NCBI GenBank assembly: GCA_951406725.2
Contig: OX597826.1
Coordinates: 74,710,001 to 74,774,000, forward strand
Direction: 5' to 3'
Source of the DNA: Octopus vulgaris
Lineage: Eukaryota
Length of the DNA: 64,000 nucleotides
Within the stretch, counting starts at the first letter, position 1. Every line of letters begins with the position of its first letter. A program made the position numbers and the translations under genes. The notes below the pieces were generated by a model. That model saw nothing but the letters and a program-made list of their open reading frames with translations. It was not told the DNA's origin and ran no database searches. Positions 27,286 to 41,199 of the stretch are shown piece after piece.

Positions 27286-28313
27286 ACAATTTATCAAATG
27301 GATCCGACTGATATAAATATTTTCCGCCTCCTCATATACGTAAAGAGAAATATGCTCACACACATAAACACAGAGATGAAGAGGAGAGAAAATGTACGAT
27401 ACCAAATAATCAGCGTTGAATCAGCAACGTTAAAACTCCTGTGCTAAAATGGCTCATACCTATGAACATGTCCACCTTTACTTACACCCCATTTAACCAA
27501 AAATCACAACTATGGTGTCGTCCGAAAACCATAATGAATTAAACCAAGGCCAAAAAGAAAACAAATAATAGATTTGATTAAATGATCGACCTCAATGAGT
27601 TAACTTCTCTTCCGTCGGTATGGCATGTTTGTGTCTCATGTTCTTCACAAACTATTAAGACAAATGCTGCTGATGAGGAGGAAGGTGTGGAATTCTGATA
27701 GGTTATGTTTAGAGTATTTGAAAAGATGTAGTACAATCATTCTATTTTCCTACACCAAAAAATAAAAAAATTATGTATATTTAATTAGTAAACCACATCA
27801 AACGTGGTTAAAATCAAAATAATACCAAATCATATAAGGAGTTGTCCTCTGTATTTGCCCAAAAAAGATTTTAAATTAATATTGATATTAACTGTGGAAA
27901 AAAAAAAAACTTTATGCAATGCATGTGAGAACTTAAGCAAAACATGTAAAGTGAAGTCAATAGAATAAAACAATGAGAGCAGATTTTGCATTTCCTTACA
28001 AAGGTTGTTTAATAATCTTTAAAAATTTCGGGAAAGATTTCCCATTTCAAATAGAAAATTTCGGAGTATGTATTGTTCCCGACTCTCTAATACTGTTTTA
28101 TCCCTCGCTGCTTGTTTGTTCCTAAATGACTTTCTAACATTCCCTGTATTGAATATAGACATACCAACATATGAAATTGTTGTCTAATATGTAAAAATAC
28201 TTATGTACCTTTGTCTCATCGTATATTTATTTCTTGCTTACATCTCCTTTTTTTTTTGTTGTTCCATGTAGTAAATACGTTAAACGCAAACTTAACTATG
28301 AAAGTTATTTAGA

Positions 28314-28471
28314 CAGGAGTGGCTGTGTCGTAAGTAGCTTGCTAACCAACCACATGGTTCCGGGTTCAGTCCCACTGCGTGGCATCTTGGGCAAGTGTCT
28401 TCTGCTATAGCCCCGGGCCGACCAATGCCTTGTGAGTGGATTTGGTAGACGGAAACTGAAAGAAGCCTGTC

Positions 28472-28524
<53 letters not shown>

Positions 28525-28745
28525 AGTGGGTTTGTGTGTCTGTGTTTGTCCCCCTAGCATTGCTTGACAACCGATGCTGGTGTGTTTACGTCCCCGTCAC
28601 CTAGCGGTTCGGCAAAAGAGACCGATAGAGTAAGTACTGGGCTTACAAAGAATAAGTCCCGGGGTCGATTTGCTCGACTAAAGGCGGTGCTCCAGCATGG
28701 CCGCAGTCAAATGTCTGAAACAAGTAAAAGAGTAAAAGAGTAAAG
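28314..28745 (+). mobile_element. tRNA-derived SINE family B, full length
   Basis: Head caggagtggctgtgt.gtaag, B-box-like ggttcagtccc, internal (TA)n/(TG)n tract, (gtaaaaga)n tail. Confidence 0.9.
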
Positions 28746-28985
28746 AGATATATAAGACTACATACCAAGCTTTCCATCTCCTCTCACCGCATGATTTTCT
28801 TATGGGCCTTTTGTTGTTGCATGTATTATATGTTTCCACCCTCTTATGAAATTGATAGCTTGACGCACGCGTAATTATATACATACGTACATATACACAT
28901 ACAAATTATATGTATATATAATGCATACATTCATGTATATATATATATATATATATTTATATATTTTTCTATTTCAAAATACCAG

Positions 28986-29120
28986 GTGTCGGAAAGAATG
29001 TCCACATCCGTTCCAGAAAGTTCGAAATGGTCTCGAATGCGTCTGTGATTGCCGTAACGGCCAGCGAAATTGTTTGCTTATTAAAGATGGTATGAAACCA
29101 TTAAATGAACATTCTTTGGT
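28986..29120 (+). CDS. PVF: PVF exon, cysteine-rich C-terminal extension
   Basis: accag acceptor, GT|gtaagt donor, phase 2 at both ends. Encodes CRKECPHPFQKVRNGLECVCDCRNGQRNCLLIKDGMKPLNEHSL with a CxCxC motif. Confidence 0.92.
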
Positions 29121-29945
29121 GTAAGTAGACATTTCTTATTGAACTTGTTGCATTTCATACAGCGCTGTCAATTGCAGAGGGCTGACAGGTGGACTCATGG
29201 TTAGCAGAAACTTAGACCCTGATTTCAATGTCCCTTTAATGCCATATCAAGCGTTTCGAGACAACGAAGAAGGCCCTTGTATGGCCGATCGATCTGCTTG
29301 CAATAGCAGCCAAATTTAACTCAAATCACGCCGAATCGGCTTAGGGTACATTAGGTAATGTGGTCCTGCATATAATATACCTGATTTAAAATAGTTACGG
29401 CTGGAATGCCTTTAATCATAGATTTTAGTCAAGGATAACTTTGAGTTAACTAACAATTGGTGTCACGGAAAGGTAAATCCGATTCAATTGTCATGTAATT
29501 AGAGGAAAAGTTTCAAATTCGGATGTTTTGATCTTCCTTGTTGTGAGTCGAAATTCAGCCAGAGTTGGCTTGAGGTTATATATTCCTGAACGGTGATAAC
29601 AGAAGTACAGGATTCAAGGAAAGCGGAGGTTTCGTCGGCGAAAGGCTCACACTGATAGCAGCCAGTCACGTTCCTGTATTTGTTAATCTTTCTCTACTCT
29701 GTGTTAAAGTAATCGATCGCTAAATTCTGATACACATCAATAACGATTACAATCCTTCTTTCACACTACAGTGTATGACTGGGAGAGGACTAGTCGACTA
29801 CATCGACCCCAGTACGCAACTGGTACTTAATTTTTCAACCCCAAAAGGATGAAAGGCAGAGTCGACCTCGGCGGAATTTGAACTTGGAACGTAACAACGA
29901 CGGGCGAAATACTGCTAAGAATTTCGTCCAGTTCGCCGCGTTAAC

Positions 29946-29979
<34 letters not shown>

Positions 29980-30238
29980 TCTACTATAGGCACAAGGCCT
30001 GAAATTTTTGTGGGGAGGGGGCCAGTCGATTAGATCGGCTCCAGTACGCAATTGGTACTAATTTTATCGACCCTGAAAGGATGAAAAGCAAAGTCGACCT
30101 CGGCGAAATTTGAACTCAAAACTAACGTCAGACGAAATACCACTAAGCATTTCGCCCGACGTGCTAACAATTCTGCCAGCTCGCCGCCTTAATAATAATA
30201 ATGATGATGATGATGTTTTTTTTCTTTTTCTTTTGCAG

Positions 30239-30386
30239 ATGCATCAAAAGACGGCAGTGTCAACGACCAAATTGTAGATATGGTTATTTCGATGTGAATA
30301 CGGGGTATTGTCCGCTTTTACAATTAGGAAACCAACGTAAAAACCGGCGCCGAAATCGACTACGTCTCCGAGGGAAACTAATTTAA
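30239..30386 (+). CDS. PVF: PVF last coding exon, Cys-rich plus polybasic tail, TAA stop
   Basis: Polypyrimidine tract and ttttgcag acceptor. GT|A completes Val. Reads CIKRRQCQRPNCRYGYFDVNTGYCPLLQLGNQRKNRRRNRLRLRGKLI*. The five exons total 843 nt = 281 codons. Confidence 0.92.
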
Positions 30387-30547
30387 AAAAAGCGAACTCA
30401 TCAGACACATAGAAGTTGCCAGAAAAGGCTGCTCCTGTTAACCCAGTCGTTATAACAGCAGAACATTAGTTACACAGACTACAACAATACTAAAACACAT
30501 ACATACATGCCTATATATATATATATATGTATATATGATATATATAT

Positions 30548-30629
<82 letters not shown>

Positions 30630-31377
30630 TTATATGTGTATATAATTATATATTTATATATATATATATATTTGATTGTTTGTGTATATGTATACGTATA
30701 ATTGCCAACAGAACTACTACTGTTCATTCAATTTAATTCAATTGCTATAACAGACAAACAATAGTTACTCAGAGTACAAAACTAGCATATTACGAAGCAG
30801 ACAGTAAGATACATACGCATTTGGTTTATGTCTGGCAATGAGTTGTGTAAAAACAAAAAAACAAAGAGGATTCTATTATACATCAGTTTTTGACTATCAA
30901 CCAATTATAGAGATAATCTTCGATTATTGAGCTCATTTTCACGCAAACCAAATTCAGCAAAATGAAGAGAAGGTGGAGGAAGCAAAAAATAAACGACGAA
31001 GTATATACATATATATATACTCACTGTTGTAATAAACCGAAAGAGAGATGTTAGCGAAGGATCGACATGTTGAAAGAGCTGTACGGGTTGGTGCAGAAGG
31101 TGACCAATGAAACGGACATATTTTCATCTGGAATATGTAAATGATGTACTAAGTATTATCAAAGTCAGACAATTTATAAAAGGACAGGTCACCTTGATTG
31201 GCAGACACAAATTGTCAATAAGTGTTTTTGAACCTGCCTCACATTCACTTGCTATGTTCATTGACCGACACACACTCACATACACACACATATACAAATT
31301 CACACGGTGACAGTACATAAAAAAATAAACTCTGCCACGTCACACACTCATCTCTCCATCTCTTCTTCCCTTGAATG

Positions 31378-31437
<60 letters not shown>

Positions 31438-31573
31438 CATGTATATGACATACCAATGCTTAACAAATAATGACAAAAACATTTGGATTGTTTCTTGGTA
31501 TCAACAATTTTTTTGTTTTTAAAGTGGGCGAAAATTGACTTATGAAATAAAACACAAGCCATGATACATGAAA

Positions 31574-31579
31574 AATAAA
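31574..31579 (+). promoter_or_regulatory. Candidate polyadenylation signal of PVF
   Basis: AATAAA about 1.2 kb after the stop. Several other AATAAA hexamers lie upstream, so the used site is uncertain. Confidence 0.3.
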
Positions 31580-31757
31580 ACTTTATCTTATGTTTAAATA
31601 GTTCATTGCCCCTGGCTTTGTTGGAAAACTGTGAATAATAAAAAAAAATGTGAATAATAAAAAAAAAAAGGAAAATATTTTCAGAAGGATCTTATCAATG
31701 CGAAATTACAGCTTTAAGATATAAAAAATACTATATATTTGGTATAAGCAACCAAAT

Positions 31758-31811
<54 letters not shown>

Positions 31812-32561
31812 TATATATATAACTCCTTTCTTTCTTGTATTTCTCCCTTTCACTCATAGTCTTTTCTTTTCCCCTACCCTTCCTCTTGCTCTCTTTTAGT
31901 TCCTCGACTTCTCTTTTTCCACCAATTTCCTTTGGCATCCCCCCCCCTCTCTCTCTCTCTCTCTCTCTTTTTGTTCTAACTGAACATTGGAACATAGAAG
32001 TGTCTTTCCCAAAGATATTTTAAAAAATCAAAACGATGCAAAGACGTTTAAACGATGACCATAACTGGTTATTGAAACAAAAGACTAACAAACTTAAATA
32101 TGGATACAGCGGAAGGAAAAACTGTGAAGAAACAAAATCTATTTCAGATAATGTAGACCATAGCAGAGACTCGTTGAATATCTTATATTCTTCACTAGAA
32201 AATGTACCATTAAATGTAAGTGATCGAACTGCTGGCGTGAGTGTTTATAGTAGGAAGTTGTCTAGGTTACTGAGCAATATTGTCCATTCTAATATGGTTA
32301 GTCAGAAGACAACAATAAATCAATCAAAAATTAATAGATCTTTGCGCTCTTTCACTTAATGTATTTAGTTAAATGAGTGATGGCTGAATGCGTATAAAAG
32401 TTTGTGTGCGAGCGCGCTTCATATTTCTGTGTGTGTGTGTGCGTGGGCGTGTGTGTGTGCGTGTGTGCGTGAGTGACTCACAAACTTCAATGAATACACT
32501 GCAATGAATATACTTTACATCATGTATTGAGTACTTTTTCTCTCGTCCATTTAACCAGAGA

Positions 32562-32605
<44 letters not shown>

Positions 32606-32609
32606 TATA

Positions 32610-32668
<59 letters not shown>

Positions 32669-34284
32669 TATATATATGTATGTATGAAGTGGCCGAGATT
32701 GCTATATTCTGCCTGAACGAAACGCCAGTCCGTCGCAAAGTATGCTCGTTTACAACTGAATGGATTGGAGCAACGTAAGATAAAAGGTTTTGCTTGTGTG
32801 TGTGTGTGTGCGTGTGCGTGTGTGTGTCTGTGTCTGTGTGTGTTTGCGTGTGCATGTGTATTGTACATAAATATCTAATATAAATATAGTCTAACGACTG
32901 ACGCATGGAAACATAAGATATATGTATTAAAACGAATAGATAAATAAATGTGTATTCCGTTACCTTTCGCTGGGCATGAACCATGTTTTATTCTTTCGTT
33001 TTTTGTTTTGTTTTTGGTTTTGGTTTTGTTTTTGGACCCCGTCAGAGCAAAAGATTAAGCATTCCGTACTTGGACATTTTCAGTGGCATTACTGTGACAC
33101 AAAGTCGAACACAAAACATATAACAAAATAGCATTCCCTTTGAGTTAACGTGTAGTGGTTGAGTACACCGCAGACACGTGTGCCCTGACCTAATTCTAAA
33201 GCATAATCAACGTCACATGTGATGAGATTGTACCTTTTGAATTATAGACACAATCCATCCGACTAGCTTCCATACTTTTTTCCGTCTACCCATATTTACA
33301 CACACACACACACACACTATGTATGGGTTAATCCGAAACTTGAAACGACAATTACATGAAATTTCATGCAAGCGAGACGGAAATTGTTTAGCCATTCGAC
33401 CAAACTGCCTATGGAATTTCTCAATAAAATTTTGAAAGAGGCATTTATAGTAATGACGGCCACAAAAATTTCGCAATTGTAATATGTATGAGTATTTCTA
33501 CCAACAAGATTCTTCTATCAAGTTTCTTAATATAAAAGAAAAAAAGTAGTAAATTCAATTTTTCCTGTTAACAAAATAATAAAATATAAACATGGTCTAT
33601 CGAAATGACATGTGACAATACAAAATATTCATATTGAAATATATAAATGCTGAAGACGGTGATGTGTGTATATTTTTATGCAGGATTGTATTTTATTTAA
33701 TAATTTCCGATGGTTCAGCTCTTTTAGGATAGAGCTATACATGGTAAGAATCGGGTCTTTTACTTTTAACAAAACTCAAGTATACGTGTAGTTTTCAAGC
33801 TCTTACGTTCATTAGAAACAGGATTTATGTCCGGAGAAAATAATATAATTCTTTTATATTTTATGTTTCAGCCATTGGCCTGAGCCATGTTCGACTTAAA
33901 CCCTTCAAAGGGAACAAATTGACCCCAATACTTTTTAATTTTTTAATTTCAAAACCTGGTACTTATTTTATCAGTCTCTTTTTTTCAGAACTGCTAAATT
34001 ACGGGGACGTAAACAAACACACACTGGCTGTCAAGCGGTGATGGTACTCAAACACTACATAAACATACACACATACATACAAACACAAACACACACACAC
34101 ACACACACATACATACAAACACAAACGCACACACACAGACACACACACATATATATTTCCGAATCTGTGTGAATGTGTATAGAATAATATATCAGTTGAA
34201 TAAAGTTATAATATGGTTTAGTTTTCACATTTTTTGTTATGGTATTTTAACATTAAAAAAATTATTTTGTAATGTTCATAAAGC

Positions 34285-34326
34285 TCAATTAGCGCTTTCA
34301 TACGTTCGTAGTAATCATCAGATTCC
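34285..34326 (-). ncRNA. Possible degenerate minimal hammerhead
   Basis: Minus strand reads AAT-CTGATGA-TTACTACGAACGTAT-GAAA-GCGC-TA-ATT. Stem III is palindromic (AGCGCT); stems I and II are weak. Confidence 0.35.
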
Positions 34327-35769
34327 AAAATGTATTTAACTGACAGTTGAGTTCTTGACAACTGTAGTACCTCTTAGAACACTCCAACAAGCTGGATTTT
34401 TGTAATGCGGTTTTTGAATACTGTGACACAAAGTCGAACACAAAATATATAACCAGTTGCACAACTGTCGTTAAATTCCAAAGCAGCCCCATTCACGTGT
34501 AGAACTTTACAATGGCTTCTTGTAAAGTGTTGGTGATGGAGATGGTTCTCTGTTGTTTGATAGCAAGGATTCAATTATTCGATCAAATGTGAGTGTGTGC
34601 ACGCGCCTGTGAATGGTCTGTATTTGTGTTGCCACGGAGAGTAGTAAGCAAAAAATAACATACTTGGACACGTGTTGGATGACTTTACAGCAGAGTGAGA
34701 GAGAGAAAGAGAGAGAGCATGCTCAATGTGAGTTCTGTAAACAGACCGCGGTCTGCACGGACGTTTTGCCTAAGCATCTCAGACATCAGACCACATGGAT
34801 CTGAAATCTCTACCTAAGAGGGGAACCTCTGAGACACATGAAGAAACACGATTACCGCTCGCAAAACAGACAAACAGGGTGTGATAGGGTTCAGTCAGCA
34901 AGGTGGAACAAAGATTTGTTCGCTCTTCTAATGCATTACTTAGTGTTTTTATGTATTTTACACCAAGAAATTCCTCACGAAATTGGCAGACATTGAAAAA
35001 GCTATTCATGATACCAGGTATGTATGTTATCAGGTGTGTCTGATACCAGGTGTGTATGTGTAACCACAGTACATACCTAGTATGTTTATGTATGTGTACA
35101 GGAATTTCGTGCGTTTGTATATTTAGTATACAGCTCTTTCCCTACCCCCAATCTAATATTGTTTATCCGTCTTGTAAGTGCATGGTTAATCTTCGGTTAT
35201 GAGGCGTGACAGTCTGGCCGATTTAGAAATTATTACAGAGTTTACAACTTTGTTGCGAACACTCAAAATTGAAATTGACTCTGCAGACAAGCAGCTCTCA
35301 AAAGTCTGAAAATAAAAGAACAGTTCCATACCATTAACCTCTTGACCTTTCATGTTTTTCTCGTATAAGACAGGAGAAAGATAATAGACGAAATGGAATT
35401 GACATGTAGATATTTGTGAGTGGTTTGTGTTTTGTCTTTGCGTGTTTTGCCTTTTGTGTGTTATCAATCTTTTATATTTTGCTTGAAACAATAAAGTTTC
35501 TTGGTCTGTTGACATTCCTCGTCTTTCGCAGTCTTATCTTAGTCATGAAGTGTTTGTTAGTGTGTGACTTATTGTCGCTTTACACCAGATAAACATCATG
35601 TGAATGATGCTGCGTTCATGAGAATGAGAAATTGCGATGTTTAACTGCAAGATACGAGTTTCTTTGAGCAATCAGGCAGTCGTCTGGCATCTTTCCCCGG
35701 TGCTTAATATATTTGCGTGTGAAGTTTTGTGTTGTATTTTGCTGTTAAAAACTATATATAGCAGATTAG

Positions 35770-36078
35770 TGTGTGGGGTTGCATGAATCAGTGGTTAAGG
35801 TGTTGCACTCACGATTGTGAGATCGTGGGTTCGATTCCCAGACCGGGCGTTGCGTTGTGTTCTTGAGCAAAGTACTTCATTTCACGTTGCTCTGCAATCA
35901 TTTCACCATCTGACAATTGGCACATGGTACACCTGTGCAGGTAATGTCGATTTTATGGAGAGAGTGACCTTATGTCTACACGCGCATTTGATTACTATAA
36001 ACAAATCATTTGTGTGGTTGTTCGGTAGGAAATTGTCGAACCCGCATACGTCATTTAACGACGGGAGAGTCCATCATA
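35770..36078 (+). mobile_element. tRNA-derived SINE
   Basis: A-box-like tgaatcagtgg and B box ggttcgattcc. Similar heads at 43915-44030 and 53059-53170. Confidence 0.7.
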
Positions 36079-36141
36079 TATATATGTGTGTGTGATTTTT
36101 TTTCCTCCATCTTCCCTTCTTTGGATCTTTGCTTTTCCTAT

Positions 36142-36176
36142 GTTTCTGACGAAGAGCTCCGCCCGAAACGTTAAAT
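36142..36176 (+). ncRNA. Minimal type I hammerhead ribozyme in a Penelope-like repeat (36095-36277)
   Basis: GTTT-CTGACGA-A-GAGC-TCC-GCCC-GAAA-C-GTT-AAAT; one stem II mismatch. Confidence 0.65.
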
Positions 36177-36274
36177 CCTCCTTCTTTCTTTCCTTTCCTG
36201 AGCGTCCAATAACACTATACTTGTTCCACGTCCTCGCGTTGTTGTGTTTTCTCTTTGTGTTTTCATGCTTGGAT

Positions 36275-36364
<90 letters not shown>

Positions 36365-36416
36365 TATAATATATATATATAAGCATATGTATACATATAG
36401 ATATATATATGTATGC

Positions 36417-36454
<38 letters not shown>

Positions 36455-36476
36455 CATACATACACATATGTATATA

Positions 36477-37345
36477 TACAGGGCGCGATGGGTAACTTGT
36501 AGCCATTTCATATTTTTAATTTCGCTCACGCGCATTCTTTGGTTTTAATTTTGTTGACTACACAGTATAGTAGGATTAGTTGGGCACCGTCTGTGAGAGA
36601 AACAGTACCATGACGCAATCCACTCTGCCTGAAATTTGGAAATGATATTCTGTACTGCTTGGCTCCAATACGAAAATGAGAACAGTGCAGAGGATTCGGA
36701 AAGGGTTGGATGAGTCTAATTGTGATTAGGAAGGTACGGCAGCTCAGGGAACGCATTCTGATCGTTATGATAAGAAAAAATGTCCTGAATTTGTTGGTGA
36801 GATCCAAGTCATGATTGACAATCCTTCCAAGTCAATTAAGTCCATCGCTAAGAACATGGGAGTGTCTGAGTTCTTTTTATCAGGTTGTGCAACTTCCGAC
36901 TATCATGTCTTTGGGGCTGCTCAAAGATGGTTTACAAGGACGTCGATTTCCTACAGATGAAGATGTGAAGGAAGCGGTGCTTAAATGTTTCCACGACCAA
37001 CCGAAACCGTTCTTGAAGGGAATACGCCAGCTTGTGGATCGTTGACCAATTGCATCGAAAAGAAAGGCAACTATATAGAAAAATTACCTACTTGTTTATC
37101 CCCTGCTTGTCATTCCGAAAAGCTCTACCTGCGACGATTTCATCTCAATCGAAGGAGAGGAGCTTTCTCCGTCCGAGTTGCGGATCCGTGGAACAAGCTG
37201 CCAGACGAGATGGTGAAGATGCCGACGACCGCTTTGTTCAAAGCCTCCCTGGACCTCAAGTGGCCTGAACTCTTTACATGAACACTACCCTGTACTTAAC
37301 TCCATGTCCCCCTACATGGCCTTGCTATTTGCTTTTGAGCCAAAT

Positions 37346-37380
<35 letters not shown>

Positions 37381-37424
37381 ATACATCGAAAAAACAAGAG
37401 TGCGTATACTTTTTTACTCTCCCT

Positions 37425-37427
<3 letters not shown>
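36477..37427 (+). mobile_element. Tc1/mariner remnants (N-terminal HTH region plus mariner C-terminus)
   Basis: TA-CAGGG start. Broken frame RTVQRIRK...IDNPSKSIKSIAKNMGVSE, then SDYHVFG/LKDGLQGRRFPTDEDVKEAV...GIRQLVDR/CIEKKGNYIEK. Confidence 0.75.
37095..37380 (+). mobile_element. 5'-truncated CR1-clade LINE
   Basis: HSEKLYLRRFHLNRRRGAFSVRVADPWNKLPDEMVKMPTTALFKASLD*-type C-terminus, short 3'UTR, (CTAA)n tail. Confidence 0.8.
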
Positions 37428-37461
<34 letters not shown>

Positions 37462-38875
37462 TGTATAAAAGATCGTATCGTAAGGCCAACACAAAGCGAA
37501 GTAAATCACAAGAAAACAAATATGTGAACTAATGTAGACTTACCTTGTATTCAATGTTTCCGGTTTATGACCCCATTTTCAAGAAATTGACGAATGTTGC
37601 CGATGTGCATGTGTGTGAGCGTGTGTGGAGTGGACATGCGCAGAAGGGTGTTTTATATATATATATAATAGATAGATATAGATATAAATATATTGAGAGA
37701 CAGACAGAGTTATATTTCTCTCTCGTCTGAACACCAACATCTTTTTCTTTGTGTGTGTGCTTTTTAGGTTTTTTAGCAATTCCCACATTTCTCCATAACG
37801 AAACATTACAGTAGCAGGACCGTAACCTTCCATGGGACCCTGCTAATTCATCCGTTTTCGATCGACTAACATCCATGCTGCAAGCGACCTTTTCTTCTCT
37901 GCTTCACTGCTTTTAACTAATGCTATTTTTAAATAATGTAATTAGAAATTCAATGAAGTTCAGCTTTAAGATGCTTCGTACTTTCAAAATGACTTGGCAA
38001 AGGGAAACAATCCCAGCAAACTAGCCCTAAATTACCCACCTTACAGAATATTTACCATCAGTTCTCATTTAACATCATTGATAGGTTCTTGGAAAATGCA
38101 GCTTAAAGTGAAACGCTGTAAAGCGAGACCATTTTTACCATAGATTCCGTCATATAAATGTGAGTTGCCTTTCTATACTATATTCCTAGTTGCACAGACA
38201 TCAACAAAATTCTAAATGATTCCACCGCATTATATAACGGAAACAGCTGTAAGGTAATGAAGTTCATAAGATAATCGCTTATTCCTTTGTCATCTCTTTT
38301 TCATCTCTTATATCATACATTATACATGCATATATACACACATATATGTGTGTATGTTTTTATAAATACTATGCATGTGTATATTTATTCTACATATAGA
38401 TAGATAAATAGACAGATAATACAGTTTAGATAGATTCAACTTCATACCAGATTCCTTGCGGTTGTTTACACTTGTCGCTACCCCGACATTTAAACAGTGA
38501 CCGTCTTGTCAATTTTTCAATATCATTCATGATGTAGTAACCACGCCAAAATTCCTTTCAGTTTCATCCTCTAAGAATTTCTTAATGTTGTGCCGTAAAA
38601 GGTAGCCTTTGACTGGACAACTCAAACCAATCTCGACTTGCCATGGATTTTTCATTCACTCTTTACATTAGAACCGTGTGTTTTCTTTAGGTCTTCAACA
38701 ATACTTAAAATTTGCATTTGTAAGGTAGCAGGGAGCAGGAAACGATCCTAAGCCTTCTAGCAACTCAGCTAACCTTGTTACCTTATTTACCAATACATAA
38801 ACGCACATGCGCACTCTCAATATATGAATGTATGGTTGTATCTATGTAGGTATGTATTTGTATATAGATATGTAT

Positions 38876-38939
<64 letters not shown>

Positions 38940-39263
38940 GTATATGTATATATATTTATATATATATGTATATGTGTATATATACATATATATATATATA
39001 TATGTATATATATGTATATGTATATATATTTATATATTTATATATATATGTATATGTGTATATATACAAGTATATATACATATACATAGAGAGAGAGATA
39101 GAAAGAGAGAGAATTAGTCAGATATACAGACATGCATACATACAGACAGTCAGACAGAAAGACAGATTGACGGATAGACAGATAGATATATGTATACACA
39201 GGCGTACACTCACATAAAAATACACGCACACAGATATATAAATACATACATACACACACACAC

Positions 39264-39354
<91 letters not shown>

Positions 39355-39842
39355 ATTTATTTAGTTATCAATTTAGCTTCGATGCGGGAGACAATATTGA
39401 ATTATTCTACCCAAAATAAATCAATTTTTTTTCTCTTTTTAATTAGAAGACCAAATAATAGCAAAGCAGACATTTCTCCGGTATTTTGCCAAAATCAATG
39501 ACCTCTCTCCACTGCAGCTCTGCAGTTATTTTTACATGACTGCAGTACAATGCAACCAAAATACCATGTTTTACATATCCACAACACTATATATATATAT
39601 ATATATATATATAAAAGCAGAGTTGGTTATAAAGTTTTACTTTAGTTTTCATTAGTTCAAAAGCTTAATGTATTTATTGCTCCTAACTCAATATTGTTAC
39701 GTTACTGGTTATCTCGAATTGGTCGATTTTCCTACATCATTCAATAACTTCATTAAACTGATGCTGTATTGACTAGTATTAATGAAGGCGGCAGCATTAA
39801 TAATAGATTGATAAAAATATGCGTAGTTGGTTTGTTTGTTAT

Positions 39843-40195
39843 TGTTTTTGTTCAGGTCAGACTCATGGTCAAACTCACTCAAGCTGTGACTATTCCATTC
39901 TATTTTAAGGTACAGCTTGTGTAGGGCTTCGATATCCAGTGTGTCCTTCGTGTTTTCTGTTTTTGTTCAGGTCAGACTTATGGTCAAACTTATTCAAGCT
40001 GTGACTATTCCATTCTATTTTAAGGTACAGCTTGTGTAGGTTTCGATATCCAGTGTGTCCTTCGTGTTTTCTGTTTTTGTTCAGGTCAGACTTATGGTCA
40101 AACTCATTCAAGCTGTGACTATTCCATTCTATTTTAAGGTACAGCTTGTGTAGGGTTTCGATATCCAGTGTGTCCTTCGTGTTTTTCTGTTTTTA
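39843..40195. repeat. Three near-identical tandem copies of a ~115-bp unit
   Basis: ttcaggtcagact starts at 39851, 39966 and 40080. Confidence 0.95.
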
Positions 40196-41199
40196 GTTAG
40201 TAGGATGTAATCTGAGAGATATTTAGTTGCTATTTCTAGCACGTCGTGCGAATCTGTACGAGCAGATGTCCCCATCGTCGTTTTAAGTGTTCCCTTTGCT
40301 GTATAGACCGACATCAATTCATGTGGAGGCCCTTGTTGATATCGTGTACGTTCTGGTCAGCTCTGATGGAGCAGTCCTTGTTCTTAGGTTGACCTGATCG
40401 AGGGGTCCCATGTCATGCAAATAGTCGCAGTTGTGTTGCCCCAGATCGGTCCTAAAGTGCGCTAGATACTTGACGGGCGATTAGGGGAAATCCAAAGATA
40501 CATCTTCCATGTTGTGCCATGTTTCAACAGAGCTGAGAAACCTTTGTGTAATTCGACATGTTGTGATGAACTGTAAAATATATACAGTGTGACCGTCTAG
40601 TCCAGAGATTATCAGCCATTTTTTTTACCTATGGACCCCTTTCATTACTATCTTATTCTGGTGGACTACCATAGCCATTTGATGTTTAAAAACTAGTTTT
40701 ATAGAAGCTTCTTTCAAAATTCCCTTTTCTGTTTTTCACACATTAACTTGTGTAGGTTGAACAATATAAAATGTTAGGGAAAGGAACCTAGCTGTTTCTT
40801 GCAAAACATACCAATACATACATCTAAAGCAAAAATTTTTCAGGGGCCCTTAAAAATTCTATTGTGGATCCCCAATTTACTCTTTTGCTACATGGATCCC
40901 CCAAAATCTTACATGGTCCCTTGTTGACAACTACTGATCTAGATATATTCGTAGTTTATTGTGGCTTGCTGCAATGAGATTGGGACCCAGAGAGAATTGA
41001 CACAAATCATGATCGATCTATTGTATTATTCCTGCACTGTTGTTTTTTATTCTTGTTAATCAAATGTGGTATCTGTCGATGTTCTAAGTATATTTGTCTA
41101 CTGTTGTATTTTTGTATGTATGTCTTCTCCGTGTGTAGTTTATGGTGTGAATGTGTTATATATAACTTTGTATTTTTGTCTTTGATGTATGTCGTGTAT

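Noticed and set aside
32036-32359. 107-aa ORF downstream of PVF
   Set aside because: No recognisable motif, AT-rich, no linked exons; the PVF frame already ends at 30386.
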